DNA from: Rhina ancylostomus
Taxonomy: Eukaryota
DNA length: 64,000 nucleotides
Direction: 5' to 3'
Assembly (NCBI GenBank): GCA_030265395.1
Contig: JARFYF010000001.1
Span: forward strand, 65,347,936-65,411,935
The notes beneath the pieces were generated by a model. The model saw nothing but the letters and a program-made list of their open reading frames with translations. It was not told the origin of the DNA and made no database searches. Made by a program: the position numbers and the translations under genes. This document shows positions 49,530 to 61,400 of the stretch, piece after piece; within the stretch, counting starts at the first letter, position 1, and each line of letters starts with the position of its first letter.

Positions 49530-52500
49530 GTAATGGTTTTCTTTCTTTTGCAGCATGAAATCCTGTGGGAGTCAGGACAGCATAATTTATGGGGGGGGGG
49601 GGGGGAAGCAGTATGGATTCNNNNNNNNNNNNNNNNNNNNNNNNNNNNNNNNNNNNNNNNNNNNNNNNNNNNNNNNNNNNNNNNNNNNNNNNNNNNNNNN
49701 NNNNNNNNNNNNNNNNNNNNCCCCCACGCAGGAGGGAGGCTCTCTGTTTTATGTGTGGTGTGCTCTGCTCTATCTAATTTGCAAATAGAGTTCTGAACTG
49801 TGCCATTTCTTCTGTGCCTTTTTGGAAATTGTACAAAAAAGTTGTTGATAGCTGTAATGTTTGACATTCCAGTGATGGCAGTGCTGAAAAGGTGAAGAGG
49901 CAGATTTTGTCACCTACTGGAGGCAGCAGATCTAAATGGACCCAGAGAGTTGAGTGGAGTCCTGGAACCAATTGAAAAAAATCTTGCTTCCTAGATGAAT
50001 AAAATCTTCCTTTTCAGGTCTCTTTGGCTGTTCAGTTAGATCCATTTCATCACTTTTTTTAACACTGAATCTGTTCAAACCAGCTACCTTCAAGTATTCA
50101 ACTGGAGTCTTCCACAAGATTAATCATAATCCATTCTTCTATTGCCAGCTGAATTCTCTTCAAGCTAATTCAAAGACACTGCTTCTTCCTGCTGTCCAAC
50201 CATTTGCCCTCCTTTTTTTAAAAAAAATAAAGGGAGAACACCTTACCGCTCTGTGCTGTGGAGCTTCAACTATTGACTTTAATGTTAATGTTGCAAAATA
50301 TGACTCGCTGCTTCATGAATAAAATCAAACCAAACAAATGGACATCAAGCCAAAGGAGATGGTTTGAAGAATGACAAAAAGCTCAGCCACAGAAGTGGGT
50401 TTTGGTATAGCATCATTCATATCCCTTTGAGAACATCCCAAAGTGCTTTTTAGCCAAAGAAACATTACTTTTTTTTGAACTGCTGGGTATGCAACTGCCA
50501 ATTTGTGCAAGCTTGCTGCTAAGAGCAGCAGCGTTATAATGACCAAATGATGTTACTGTAGTGAGCTACAACGCACAGCATCCCACTACTGCTACTATAC
50601 ATAGTTTCTTGCACTTGCCTAGCAATTGGATTGATTAGGCCTGGGGTTTTTTCGGTGCTATTTAATAGAAAATTGACTGAACCCAGAATAGTGTATTTGT
50701 GACCAAGTTTCACTGATTGTGAAATTCAGGCTGGGTACTTCGTTTCCTGAGTTGCCTATTCATCCCCACTTGATTTTGGTGTTGGGGACACACACGATCA
50801 TGCCATTCTGGATGCAATGCACCTCTTGGAACATTGCAAGGCAATCTGGACCAGATTCCCCTCTAGGGATACTACTAGAACAATGTGATCTTGATCCTGC
50901 AGCACTGAACAGGGAGTTGCTGCAAGCAAGTAAATACCTCAATCCTTAAAGCCCCTCAGTTCAGCAAACTCTTCAATCTGCTGTACATTCCTCTCCAGTC
51001 TTTCAAACACCACCTACCTCAACAAAGGTCGTTCTCTCGCATGTTGAGCCAACTGCCCCAGTCCCTTCCTTGAATATTTTCCCAATCCTAATCCCGTCAT
51101 CCCCTTGCATTACTCTGTGGAATGCATTGCCACCAATAAATAAGTTCCAAAACCATTAGGCCCCATCACCCCAAAACTCAGCTACAAACCCAACTGAGAC
51201 TGACTTCTAAGCCCAGACTTGGGAGGGGAAGACAAGGTAGGACATTTTTGTACATGCAGTGGGTTACAGTAAATTCTGATGTGGTGGATCAGTTCTAACA
51301 CATTAACACCATCCAGTGTGCCTTATAGTGCATTGGATTTCTGGGAAAATAGTAGAGATTAATAGTTTACACAGGACAATGGAGTTTCTATATGGACAAT
51401 ATTCCATTTGTTTAATTCATTTATTATCCTTTCCTTTCTGTAGGAGTTTGCAATTTAGTTAAAAATACTGCAAAAAAAAATTTAAATTTACTGGCATTTT
51501 TTGTGGACATTTTAGAGATGTTACCAAGTATTTGACAGCCAGTTACATACTCTGAAGTTTAATAATGTGAAAGGATGGAGGGCATTTGGCCTATTAAATC
51601 ATTATCAGTTTTGAAAAGTAATCCATTATCTTGTGTTATTTCTTCATATCCCCAAGTTGTTGTTGTTGTTGTTTTCAGCTGCTTATCCACTTTTGAAGAC
51701 TTGTAATGAATTTATTTCCAACAATTAGGCAGTGTTTTACAACCACAAGACATCCCATCGTGCTCTCCAATTTGAAACAATTAAATACTTCTGAAATGTG
51801 ACACTTTGATGTAAAGGTCACAGCAGGTAATTTTGCATGTGACTATCGCCCAAAAAACAAGAATGTGACCATGAAATGATCACTTGTTCCAGTGTTGAAA
51901 GTAAATATTCACCAGTAAACCAAAGAGAACTCTACTGCTCTATTTTGAATAGTGCCATGAGATCTTTTATGTCTGCCTAAGGAAATGGACTATAACCTTT
52001 TGAAAGCTCAGTACTGCTTAGGATACTGCTTCCTTAGAACTACACTGAATTGCCTACCATAATTATGCTCTAAAAGTTTCTGAAGTAAAACTTAAACCTT
52101 TTGACCTTCTGACCTCATGGTAAAAGTGAAACCACTGAGCAAAAGAGTCAGGCATCTTGAATGTGTGATCAGCAGCAGTGCACATGTTAGACTGATATCT
52201 GTGAAGAGTTTCATCAGAGTCAGTGTTTGTATAGCTCTGGATACCTACATTATGTGATGTACTTAATGCCTCCTGAATTTTCAGGAAGGGATGTATGCTG
52301 GTCTTTGGGCCAGTGATTCACTGAGTACAAGTCATCTGATCCATCAACTTTACAAACCTTTTGGGATTGTGTAGAAGTTATTCACTATGGGGGAAAAACA
52401 GAAACCTAATCATGTGAAGTCTATTCAGAAATATCCAATTTTTTACATGTAAATAAGGAGCTTGGACACAAACCACAAGTAGGGTCAATTCATCCTCTTC

Positions 52501-54649
52501 CTTCAGCAAATGAGTCTCTCTGCATCTCTCCATTCCAACACCTCCAGACAACTGAAAGATTTACATTCCTATCCCTTCAGGTTTATTTGAGGAAGTTTCC
52601 CAACCTCACCTACAAAGTTTCCAAATAAACTTGTAGAGAATTAATCCTCATCGCTTGATTTATTTTGATGCTGCACTAAACTGCTCAATGTGACTGTGTC
52701 CACTGTATAATGGGGAGTTTGCATTTGTTCCTTTTAACCGACTCTTTCATAACCTAGAGATTTGTACAGCTTTTTTTTTTAAAAGCTTTCCTTTGTCCCT
52801 CCAGCAACTGTAGCTATTGACCCAATTATTGGCTTTGGTCTTGCTGCTTTTGCGTGGCAATATCGCCAACTCCCAAGCTACCTCTGCATCTCCTCTGTCC
52901 TCTTGGCATGCTACCTTTTTGCTGTTCAATGCAGTTGGTCCCATTGCAGGTCATACAAAGCCTGTAAAGCTCAGCTGCCCCAACAATGTCCATTGTCCCT
53001 TGCTTCTGACTGGACTCTTCCAGCATCTGCACTAAAATTGGTCACTGCAAATTGCTAAGAGTGTTTAAAGTGGTGAAAATGTTCCAGAGCCCTAATGAAT
53101 AAAGTCACAAGTTTGCCATAAAAGTCTGTCTCTGGGCAAAGACCATTATTTTATTTTCTGATCTATCAGTAGTTTTGATTGCGAGGTCTGTGTTGGTATG
53201 CAGGTATAGTGAAGGAAACAGCTCCTGATTGCTGTGTGTTTGCTGCATTCGGTGTGGAAAGGATCTAGCTTACTTGCCATGTTCCTTGTAGGAGAACAGC
53301 TTTCCTGGGATGAGATAGATGGAAGTTGATGCCAGTGGGGTTGTACTCTGCATCATGCACCACAGCCCCTCCCTNNNNNNNNNNNNNNNNNNNNNNNNNN
53401 NNNNNNNNNNNNNNNNNNNNNNNNNNNNNNNNNNNNNNNNNNNNNNNNNNNNNNNNNNNNNNNNNNNNNNNNNNGCCAGTGGGGTTTTACTCTGCATCAT
53501 GCACCACAGCCCCTCCCTCCCTCCCTCTTCTTCCCACATCCCACCCCCCCCCCCCCCCCAGCTTACAAAATCAAGATGCAGGCTAGAGGGGTGAGAACTC
53601 AGTGATATGGAGGGAATTCGTTCTTTGTGTTTTATTTCCAACCCAATTTTCTGACTATTCTTGTCCCCTTGCAGGACACCTGCCATGACATGTCATGCTT
53701 CCACCAGGAGGGTGGGATGGTCCTGGCCATGGACATCTCGGGTGCCATCATCAGTGCAGCTCCGTGACCAGCCAGTGGGAGGCACAGGGTGAGCCCAGCC
53801 ATGATGCACTTTTACCCTTCTTTTCCCCATGCATGGAACACCTCACCTCTGCATGGCACCCCATCCAACAGCTTGTCCTAGCTGAAAACCTAAAGCTACA
53901 GGGCCTGACTCTCCACACTGAGATGCTGTTACATGTATAGCCAGAGCCTCAGGTACTCAATGCAGACTTGAACCCAGCCAATTCCATTCACATCAACCAC
54001 AGCAGCAGTCCACCCCATTTCCATTCCCATTGATGGGTTAAATATGCTGTCCCTCACCAGAGCCACCATCTTACTACTCTAGGTTCAGCAGTGAATGTGA
54101 GCCCTTCATTCAATCATTCAGAATATCACAAATAGGCATAATAAATTAGAAATGGAATCCATGACCAGTTATACTCTTCACATGAGTGATGGGCTGATTA
54201 AAAGTTCTCCAATGGCAGCCTGTTTGAAATGGACTGACTATTACAAATCAAGGAATCAGACTTGGGGGTTTTCCTCTCCTGGCTCTCTGCTCTCAATGAG
54301 GAGAGCCATTATCCCCAGTATATAACTGTGTAGGAGAGGGGTGCTTTGTCATGGTGCCTTTATAATGTCACAATGTCGCAAAGTTGCTTTTGAACAATGA
54401 TGTTTTTACAGTAATTTTGTAGAGCATAGAATATTGCAAATTCCCAGCAGTGTTAATTATAGTATATTCTGTTTTAGTGATGTTGATAATTCGAGCCAGG
54501 ATGTGTGGGAACCCCACTCTTCTGATTTTCTTTCAGACAGTTACCAAGAATTTCCTAACCACAGAGCTGACAAAACTTGGGTATAGTATCAGTCCAAAAA
54601 AAGCACTTCAAGTCTTGCAGTTCTCAGAATGGTGGAAGAGGTTTGTCAA

Positions 54650-56600
54650 GTTTAGTGGGTCTTTTGGACAATTGAGGAGCCCAGCTCAGGATGCATTCGT
54701 TCTTTGGCAGTAATTGCTTGTGGAGATGAGTTTTGCAGCCTCAGTAATCCCCTTTCTCCACTGCAACTATTCCACCTCTGCATTGAGTCATTGGGCCTCC
54801 AATAATGTTTTGATGAACACTAATCAATTAGCAGATTGCTCTCCCTGTCATTGGTATTGAGGGGACCTTGAGCATGTCTCTGTAATGTTTTTGTTTATTA
54901 GCTGCCTCTCGACTGTTGACCAGTCAAGAGCTGGAAAAGAGAACCTGGGTGTTGGGGGCATCTGAGCACAGGGCTTCATCCATTGGTGCATTACCCCCCC
55001 CCACCCCAAGCAAGACTTGAATGTTGGTGGACATGGATTCATGGAAAACAACCTTGTTCATCCAGAGATCCTCCTATTTAGACCCCAGGATTAGATTTAA
55101 GCACCAGATGGAAGCTCTCAAGGGTATTTAATCTGGTGCTAGTAAATGGTCCAGGTTTTGCTGTAGAGGAATGTTTAAATGGCATGGGAGAGGTTGCTGG
55201 AGAGCATTTTGATCAATGATGGGCCAAGTCATTATTAGAAATGTGGAACAGAATTAATATCACTTGCAGATTCTGTGCTGTGGTGACATTGTGGGTATCC
55301 TGAGTGACTTTTAATCTGAGCAATGATTTTAAGTTTCTCATCCAGTCAAAGCCAGAAGCTGAAGTCAGGTGGATCATCTCTGTTCAGGAGGATGATGATA
55401 GTTGGTGAACACAGTGGGGATAATCTTGACTTGCTTGACCAAGTCTGGCTGTGGAAGATATCAATTTTGGATCTTGATACCATTGTGCAGAAATCTCAGG
55501 GCCATGATGCTGTGTTTTTTGGGGGGGGTGGGGTGGGTGTCCGCAAAGTTTGAGTCAAATGCCTTGGTTAGGACCACTGAAGATGAGGAACAATCCTTGA
55601 CATAATTCCAGACAATTTTCTTGGATATGCCTGGCAATGATAGACCAGTAGCCCAGGATGGATGGAGCTGAACTGGGTTTCTCACCAATGGAACAAAGGT
55701 GGCTAAAAGGATGAAGACCAGGATCTTGCCCCTGGTGGCCAGGGTGGAAATTGGATTTGTCTCTTCTTTTAGTTTGTCATGATGGTTACAGATTCTGGTG
55801 TACATGAGTGCTCATTGGCAACTTGAATGATCAGCCAGAAAGACAAACTGCCATTGTGGCTGAGGAGCTAGTGAGAATAACATTGACATTTTGGGCAAAA
55901 CTCGGTGTGCCAGGAATAGCTGTTGGAGGGAGGTCCATGAATGGTACATCTTCTGGAAAGGTAAATCAGGCCAAGACTCTAATACTCCAAGTCCTGAAGT
56001 TTAGCTTTTTGTTTTGACGACTGTAGTAATGATGCTGCTGGGTGCTTTTTCCCAACCAGGAGAAGTAGGACAGTTTCTGCTCACCCCAGGTGAGGAAGGA
56101 CCTGAAAAATGATGCCTCAAACAGAGGGTATCTTGAAGAGGACCACTCAGTTGCAGACGCAGCTCCTGAGGAAATTACACTGGGGAATCGTAATTAGATT
56201 GATGCCCAAGAGCCATCACACACCTGCCTTCGTACTGATTTTTGGCTAGGATCCTCCAGATATCACAGCCCTGAACCCCTCATTGATCCTTCATTGCTAC
56301 AGGACTTTTTGGATCTGACAGAAGCCCGCACAAGTCACATTTAGTGCGGGAATGCCAGCTCGCAGTTCAATCCACACAATCTTGGTCAGTGGCAGAGCAG
56401 ACCAGGATGACTGGGGCCACTGACACTCGCCTTCACAACTGTTTGGGCCACAGCCTTTCTGTCTGATCCTTCAGTGAGCACTTATTGGATTATTCTCTGT
56501 AATCTTGGATTATTCTAGAGGCTCCACCAGAAGCATGGGCTCCAGATGACCCCCCTCGATCATTTAAACATGCAAACCCATCTGTCATGTCATGGCATGG
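54650..56600 (-). mobile_element. Decayed RTE-clade LINE
   Basis: Minus strand LTKAFDS (RT motif, ~55550-55580) and aaaaacattacagagacatgctcaag (KHYRDMLK, like the RTE KRxKDxLK C-terminal motif, ~54870-54895). Confidence 0.55.
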
Positions 56601-58199
56601 CATCTATCCTGGAAACAGGATGGTGCATTACTGAGGGAGTGCTGGAGTAGACTTGAATCCAGTCTTCGGACTCTGAAGTTGCTACCAACTGTGNNNNNNN
56701 NNNNNNAATTAGCATTTGCATTTCATGTTGAGGATTGTTACAGTTTGACTGACAATACACAAAACAGTGTTGATACACTGTGCATCCACGCTGGCCTTTG
56801 CGGCTAACCGCTTCCAACCTATTTCTGCTGCCTATAATTGCCACTTTTTTTGAGGGATTCTATTTTTGTAATGTTGTTAAGCTAGACTTGGAATGCTTTG
56901 CCTTCATTACATCCTTTGTGTTCCAGATCACAAAGTGAATCACTCAGCCATACTTAATCGTGATTATTCCCTGAAACTGGTTTGAGTTTTTAAAACGTAC
57001 AGTACTTCCCAAAGATGGAATGAGTGGGAGGAGTGTTCAGGGCAATGTCTCCTGGTTGCTGAACTCATTGTGGTTGACTTTGAGTAAAGTTCCTCTGAAA
57101 TGTTAAGTGATGCCAGTTGGGATCCTGAACATGGTTTGATCCATGATGGAGTTCTGACCCACTCTGTCACCACACCAGGTAAGGAGTAGCAGCACATATC
57201 CATTTCTCCTCAACAAGATACTCTTGTAACACCCCTCCTCCTATAATTGTTTTGGTAGTCTGTCTATTCCCTGTCCCAGTTCACTCAGCAGCAACTTTAT
57301 GTATGAATCAGACAAAGGGTTAAAATCTACCTATTTTCACGTAGACTAAAATTGGTCATCAGGCTATCCTAAAGTGTAACCTTCCTAAAATAGAACAGAA
57401 TGATCACGTGTGAAGAAGTCTTAATAAGTTATGATATGAATATCCACACTCTGATAGGCCACATGAGGTAGCAATGACCATGAACAGTATTCAGTGATAG
57501 GAGCTGATATCCTGTATCTGGAGAGGATGCCTGTGCCGTATCCAGGAAAAATATTGGTCTTTGGTGTATGAGGTATGTTATTTTCTAGTCATTAGAAAAT
57601 GCATGATAAGCAGGCTTATCCTGAGCTAATGTTATTGTCCAGTGTATTTGCTTTTGAAAATTAAGGTGAATTAAAGACCACCTGGAAACTGGAAGGAAGA
57701 TCTGCCCAGCTCCCTTATGTTCTAGACTAATTGATGTTAAGTATTAACAAAACTGGTATATTATGTCCCAGCCAGTCCTTACCAGCCCATGTCAAAGGAT
57801 GGAAGATGGAGTTGCACTTGTGTAGTTTGCATGTGAAGAAGTATTTTTGAAGTGCTGTTATTGTAGGTTAGAAAAGGTCACAGTTAAGTTGTGCAAGAAC
57901 TCTCAAATAGGTCCTGTGCGGAAGAGAGTGAATTACAACCTGGGTGATGACTTTAAAGCAGGGACAATGAGAGTGGGAATTCACTAGTAAGTATTAGGTA
58001 GGTTAGTTATTTCACTTTCTACCTCTTTTTGAAGACTGCAGGGCAATGTTAATCACCTAGACTATGGGTTACTGATGCTCATTATCGTGTGGCTGCCATG
58101 AGTGTAAACCATTTGGGGGGGGGGGGATCTTACTGAGAATATAGATTTGCAAGCATCTCCCTTGATAGGCAGATAAAAATGGAGCCTGCTTAAACACAG

Positions 58200-61100
58200 C
58201 TTCAAAATTTCTAACGTTATTTTTTTGCTACAAGAGTGTTGTAAAATATTGTAAAGCTCTGTATATTGGAGAGAGTGCTGATCTGGTTAAAGGAATGAAT
58301 TGCAAACTGAATGAAGGCTTTAAAATGGAGATTTGGAATAATCAGAAATGATAAAAGTAGGAAACAAGAGAAAGTAAAAGAAGAGTTCTAAGTAAGCAAG
58401 CAGCATTATGTCTGTGACCCACTGTTTAAATTCTGAGCAGTTGCATACTGGAAATGCCTCCCACTTGCTTCAGGAGCTGCTGGTATGCTGACTGAAGCTT
58501 CCTGGGTTCTCACTTTGCAGAAGTTGGCTACACCACAGTAACAAAATTTGGTAGTATAATAAGTTAGCAGGCATCTTGGGAAGTAATGAGGAATTTTCCA
58601 GGAGCTTCACAGTCACAAGCTAGTTTCCAATCCTAATTCTGGTGAGGATGCCTGTGCTGTGGAGGTCTGAACTTGAGCACATCTGTGGTCCAAGGGAGGG
58701 TGATGGGGGAAGTTGATAACAACACAACAGGATGTTCATTGATCAGGGATGTACTGGTGCCAGGGTTAACTATGATAATGAACAGGTGAAGAACCTTCCA
58801 CAGAAGGAAGAATCTTTAAGGTCCATGGAAGAATCAATGTTGTAGGAAGGAGAAGAGTTGAGGTTCTAGGGAAAAGACTCAATGTGATACCAAATAAGAA
58901 GTTGGATGTTTCAAATTCCACTAAACTTTTTATATAAAAAAAAAGTTAGATCTAAGCCTGGAAGGGTAACTGTAGGGACGNNNNNNNNNNNNNNNNNNNN
59001 NNNNNNNNNNNNNNNNNNNNNNNNNNNNNNNNNNNNNNNNNNNNNNNNNNNNNNNNNNNNNNNNNNNNNNNNNNNNNNNNNNNNNNNNNNNNNNNNNNNN
59101 NNNNNNNNNNNNNNNNNNNNNNNNNNNNNNNNNNNNNNNNNNNNNNNNNNNNNNNNNNNNNNNNNNNNNNNNNNNNNNNNNNNNNNNNNNNNNNNNNNNN
59201 NNNNNNNNNNNNNNNNNNNNNNNNNNNNNNNNNNNNNNNNNNNNNNNNNNNNNNNNNNNNNNNNNNNNNNNNNNNNNNNNNNNNNNNNNNNNNNNNNNNN
59301 NNNNNNNTGAAAACATGTTCTCATCAGGAATTTAACTAGTGGTTTGTGGTGGGGATTAAATAATTTGATTGTGGGAGGGAACTGGGGTTAATCATAAGAG
59401 GAGGAGGGTCCCTGCTCTCCCTTAATCACTGAAGCCCCAATTCCCATGTTCCCTTGAAACTTGGTTCACTGGAAAATGTTATTCTACGAGGCAACATGTT
59501 ACAAAAAGTGAATTAAGAGTGTGTTAGAATAGAAAAATATTCCAATAGTTAAGAAAATCTTCTAGTTTGGCACCACAAAGACCAGAGTGTGCTAGATTAA
59601 TAGAATTTTGCAGTACAAGACCAGTGAACTGTTTGTATCAGTTGCCATGAGGGTATTAGCCAATTGTACTGATGGTACTACCTCAAACAAGGGACTTCAA
59701 ATTCTTGGTACAATGCATTCAGAAGGAGTGGGGTAAGAATAAGAGGAGGTGGAAGGGTAGATGATAGCATTGCTCAAATATACTGTTCCATATCTGGAAA
59801 CAATGCACTTGAAGAATCAAAGCTGGAATCTCTTTGGCTGACAGTTTGGAATGGAAGAGGAGCCAGTATGCTGCCTGGTGTCTGCTGTGAGTGAATTGGA
59901 TAGAAAAGCAAAATTGTAAGCAGCTAACAGATTTAAATATTAGGGCCTAGTAAACAAGACTTGTCCTAACACAGACTAAAACAAAGTTTAAAATGTGAGA
60001 GGCAGAGATTCCTGAAATGACTATAAGAGCTCATGATCACTTACTCTTCCTCTCAGGGCTATAAACACTCCTCACTTTGCTCTCAGAGAATCAGGTGGTC
60101 AAGTGGATTATATTTCAGTCAGTGCATGTGGAAACAGTACCATAGAATTATCTGGTCTAGTTTTCTTAAAAAAAATCAAAGGTACAATGAGTTAAGCAAC
60201 TAGCTTGGATAGATTGGAACTCAAGTTTGGGAGATAAAATGATAAATGGAAGACCTAAGCAGAGAATTTGTGCTGACTGGAAGCATTCCCACAAGGGTGA
60301 AAGAAAAAGTACCAAAGCTGGAGTCTCAAAGTAAAAATATAGAGATTAAATGAAAACAAAGCTTGTATTTCAGAAAATGGGGCTGAAACAGGAGAAAACT
60401 GATGCCATTGTGCTGACTATTTGAGAGATCTTTGATTTTCATGGATGAACATGAGAAGAACTTGAAGTTTACAAAAAAGGGAAAATCAATCAGAATATAG
60501 AAATCAAGGAAGAATTAAAACAGCAGGGGAATAAAGGGGTATGGAGATAGTACAGAAAAGAGCTGTTGAGGTAAAAGATCAGTCATGATCTGAAGTCATG
60601 GAGCAGATGTAGGGGGTCAAATAGCTTCCCTTATTTCTTGTGTTTATCAAAGACATGGAATGTCATTAAGCAAAATGTGAGGTCACCACTTTGGTAGAAG
60701 AAATAGGAAACCAGATTTTTTTCTTCCAAGTAGAGATGAAAAGTATTGGTGGTTAGAGGACCTGGCTGTTCTTGAACAGGGATAACTAAAAGTGAACATG
60801 CTGGTACAGTGAGCAATTAGGAAGGAAAATGGTATGAGAATTTGAGGAGATGAGTGATAATGTCTTGCTCCAATAATGTAAAGTCCTTTTGAGACCATAT
60901 GTAGACTATTGTGTGAATATTTGGTTTAGCTATCAAAGGGTATACTTTCAATGGAGGGAGTGCAGCAAATGTTCACCAGAATGATTCTTGTGATGACACC
61001 TTTGTCTTATGAGAAGAGATTAAACAGGTGAGGCTTAGACTTTCAAATTTTAAAAAATGAGATGTGATCTCTTAGAAACATTAACCCTGACAAATCTCAG

Positions 61101-61400
61101 ATTTTTGTGAAGCTGGTGTTTCCCTTGGCAGAATTGTCTTGAACCAAGGGTCACAGTCTCACTAAGGGGTTGTTCATTCAGGACAAAGTGGGAAAGAACT
61201 TTTTAGCCAGAGGGCAGTGAATCTTTAGAATTCCCTATCCACGAATGCTGTGAATGCTTGGTCACTGAGAATATTTAAGATAGAGGTTGGTAGAATTATA
61301 AATATTAAGGAATCAAGAGAGATGGTTTTAGTACAGAAAAATGACCCTGAGGTAAAAGCAATGAAGTGGTGGAGTGGGCATGAGTAGATGGGTGTTTACT
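58200..61400 (+). mobile_element. Old, decayed CR1 LINE pieces
   Basis: ORF1/endonuclease-like degenerate text plus 3' RT (gagaccatatgtagactattgtgtg, gcagcaaatgttcaccagaatg, agagggcagtgaatctttagaattc). Confidence 0.6.

Noticed and set aside
52285-52374. ttttcag followed by EGMYAGLWASD, a MORN-like YxGxW candidate for the next exon
   Set aside because: Wrong phase for joining to exon 21, similarity does not continue, and the frame stops soon after.
58906-59324. Long ORFs spanning N runs (here and at other gaps)
   Set aside because: Artefacts of translating N as X.
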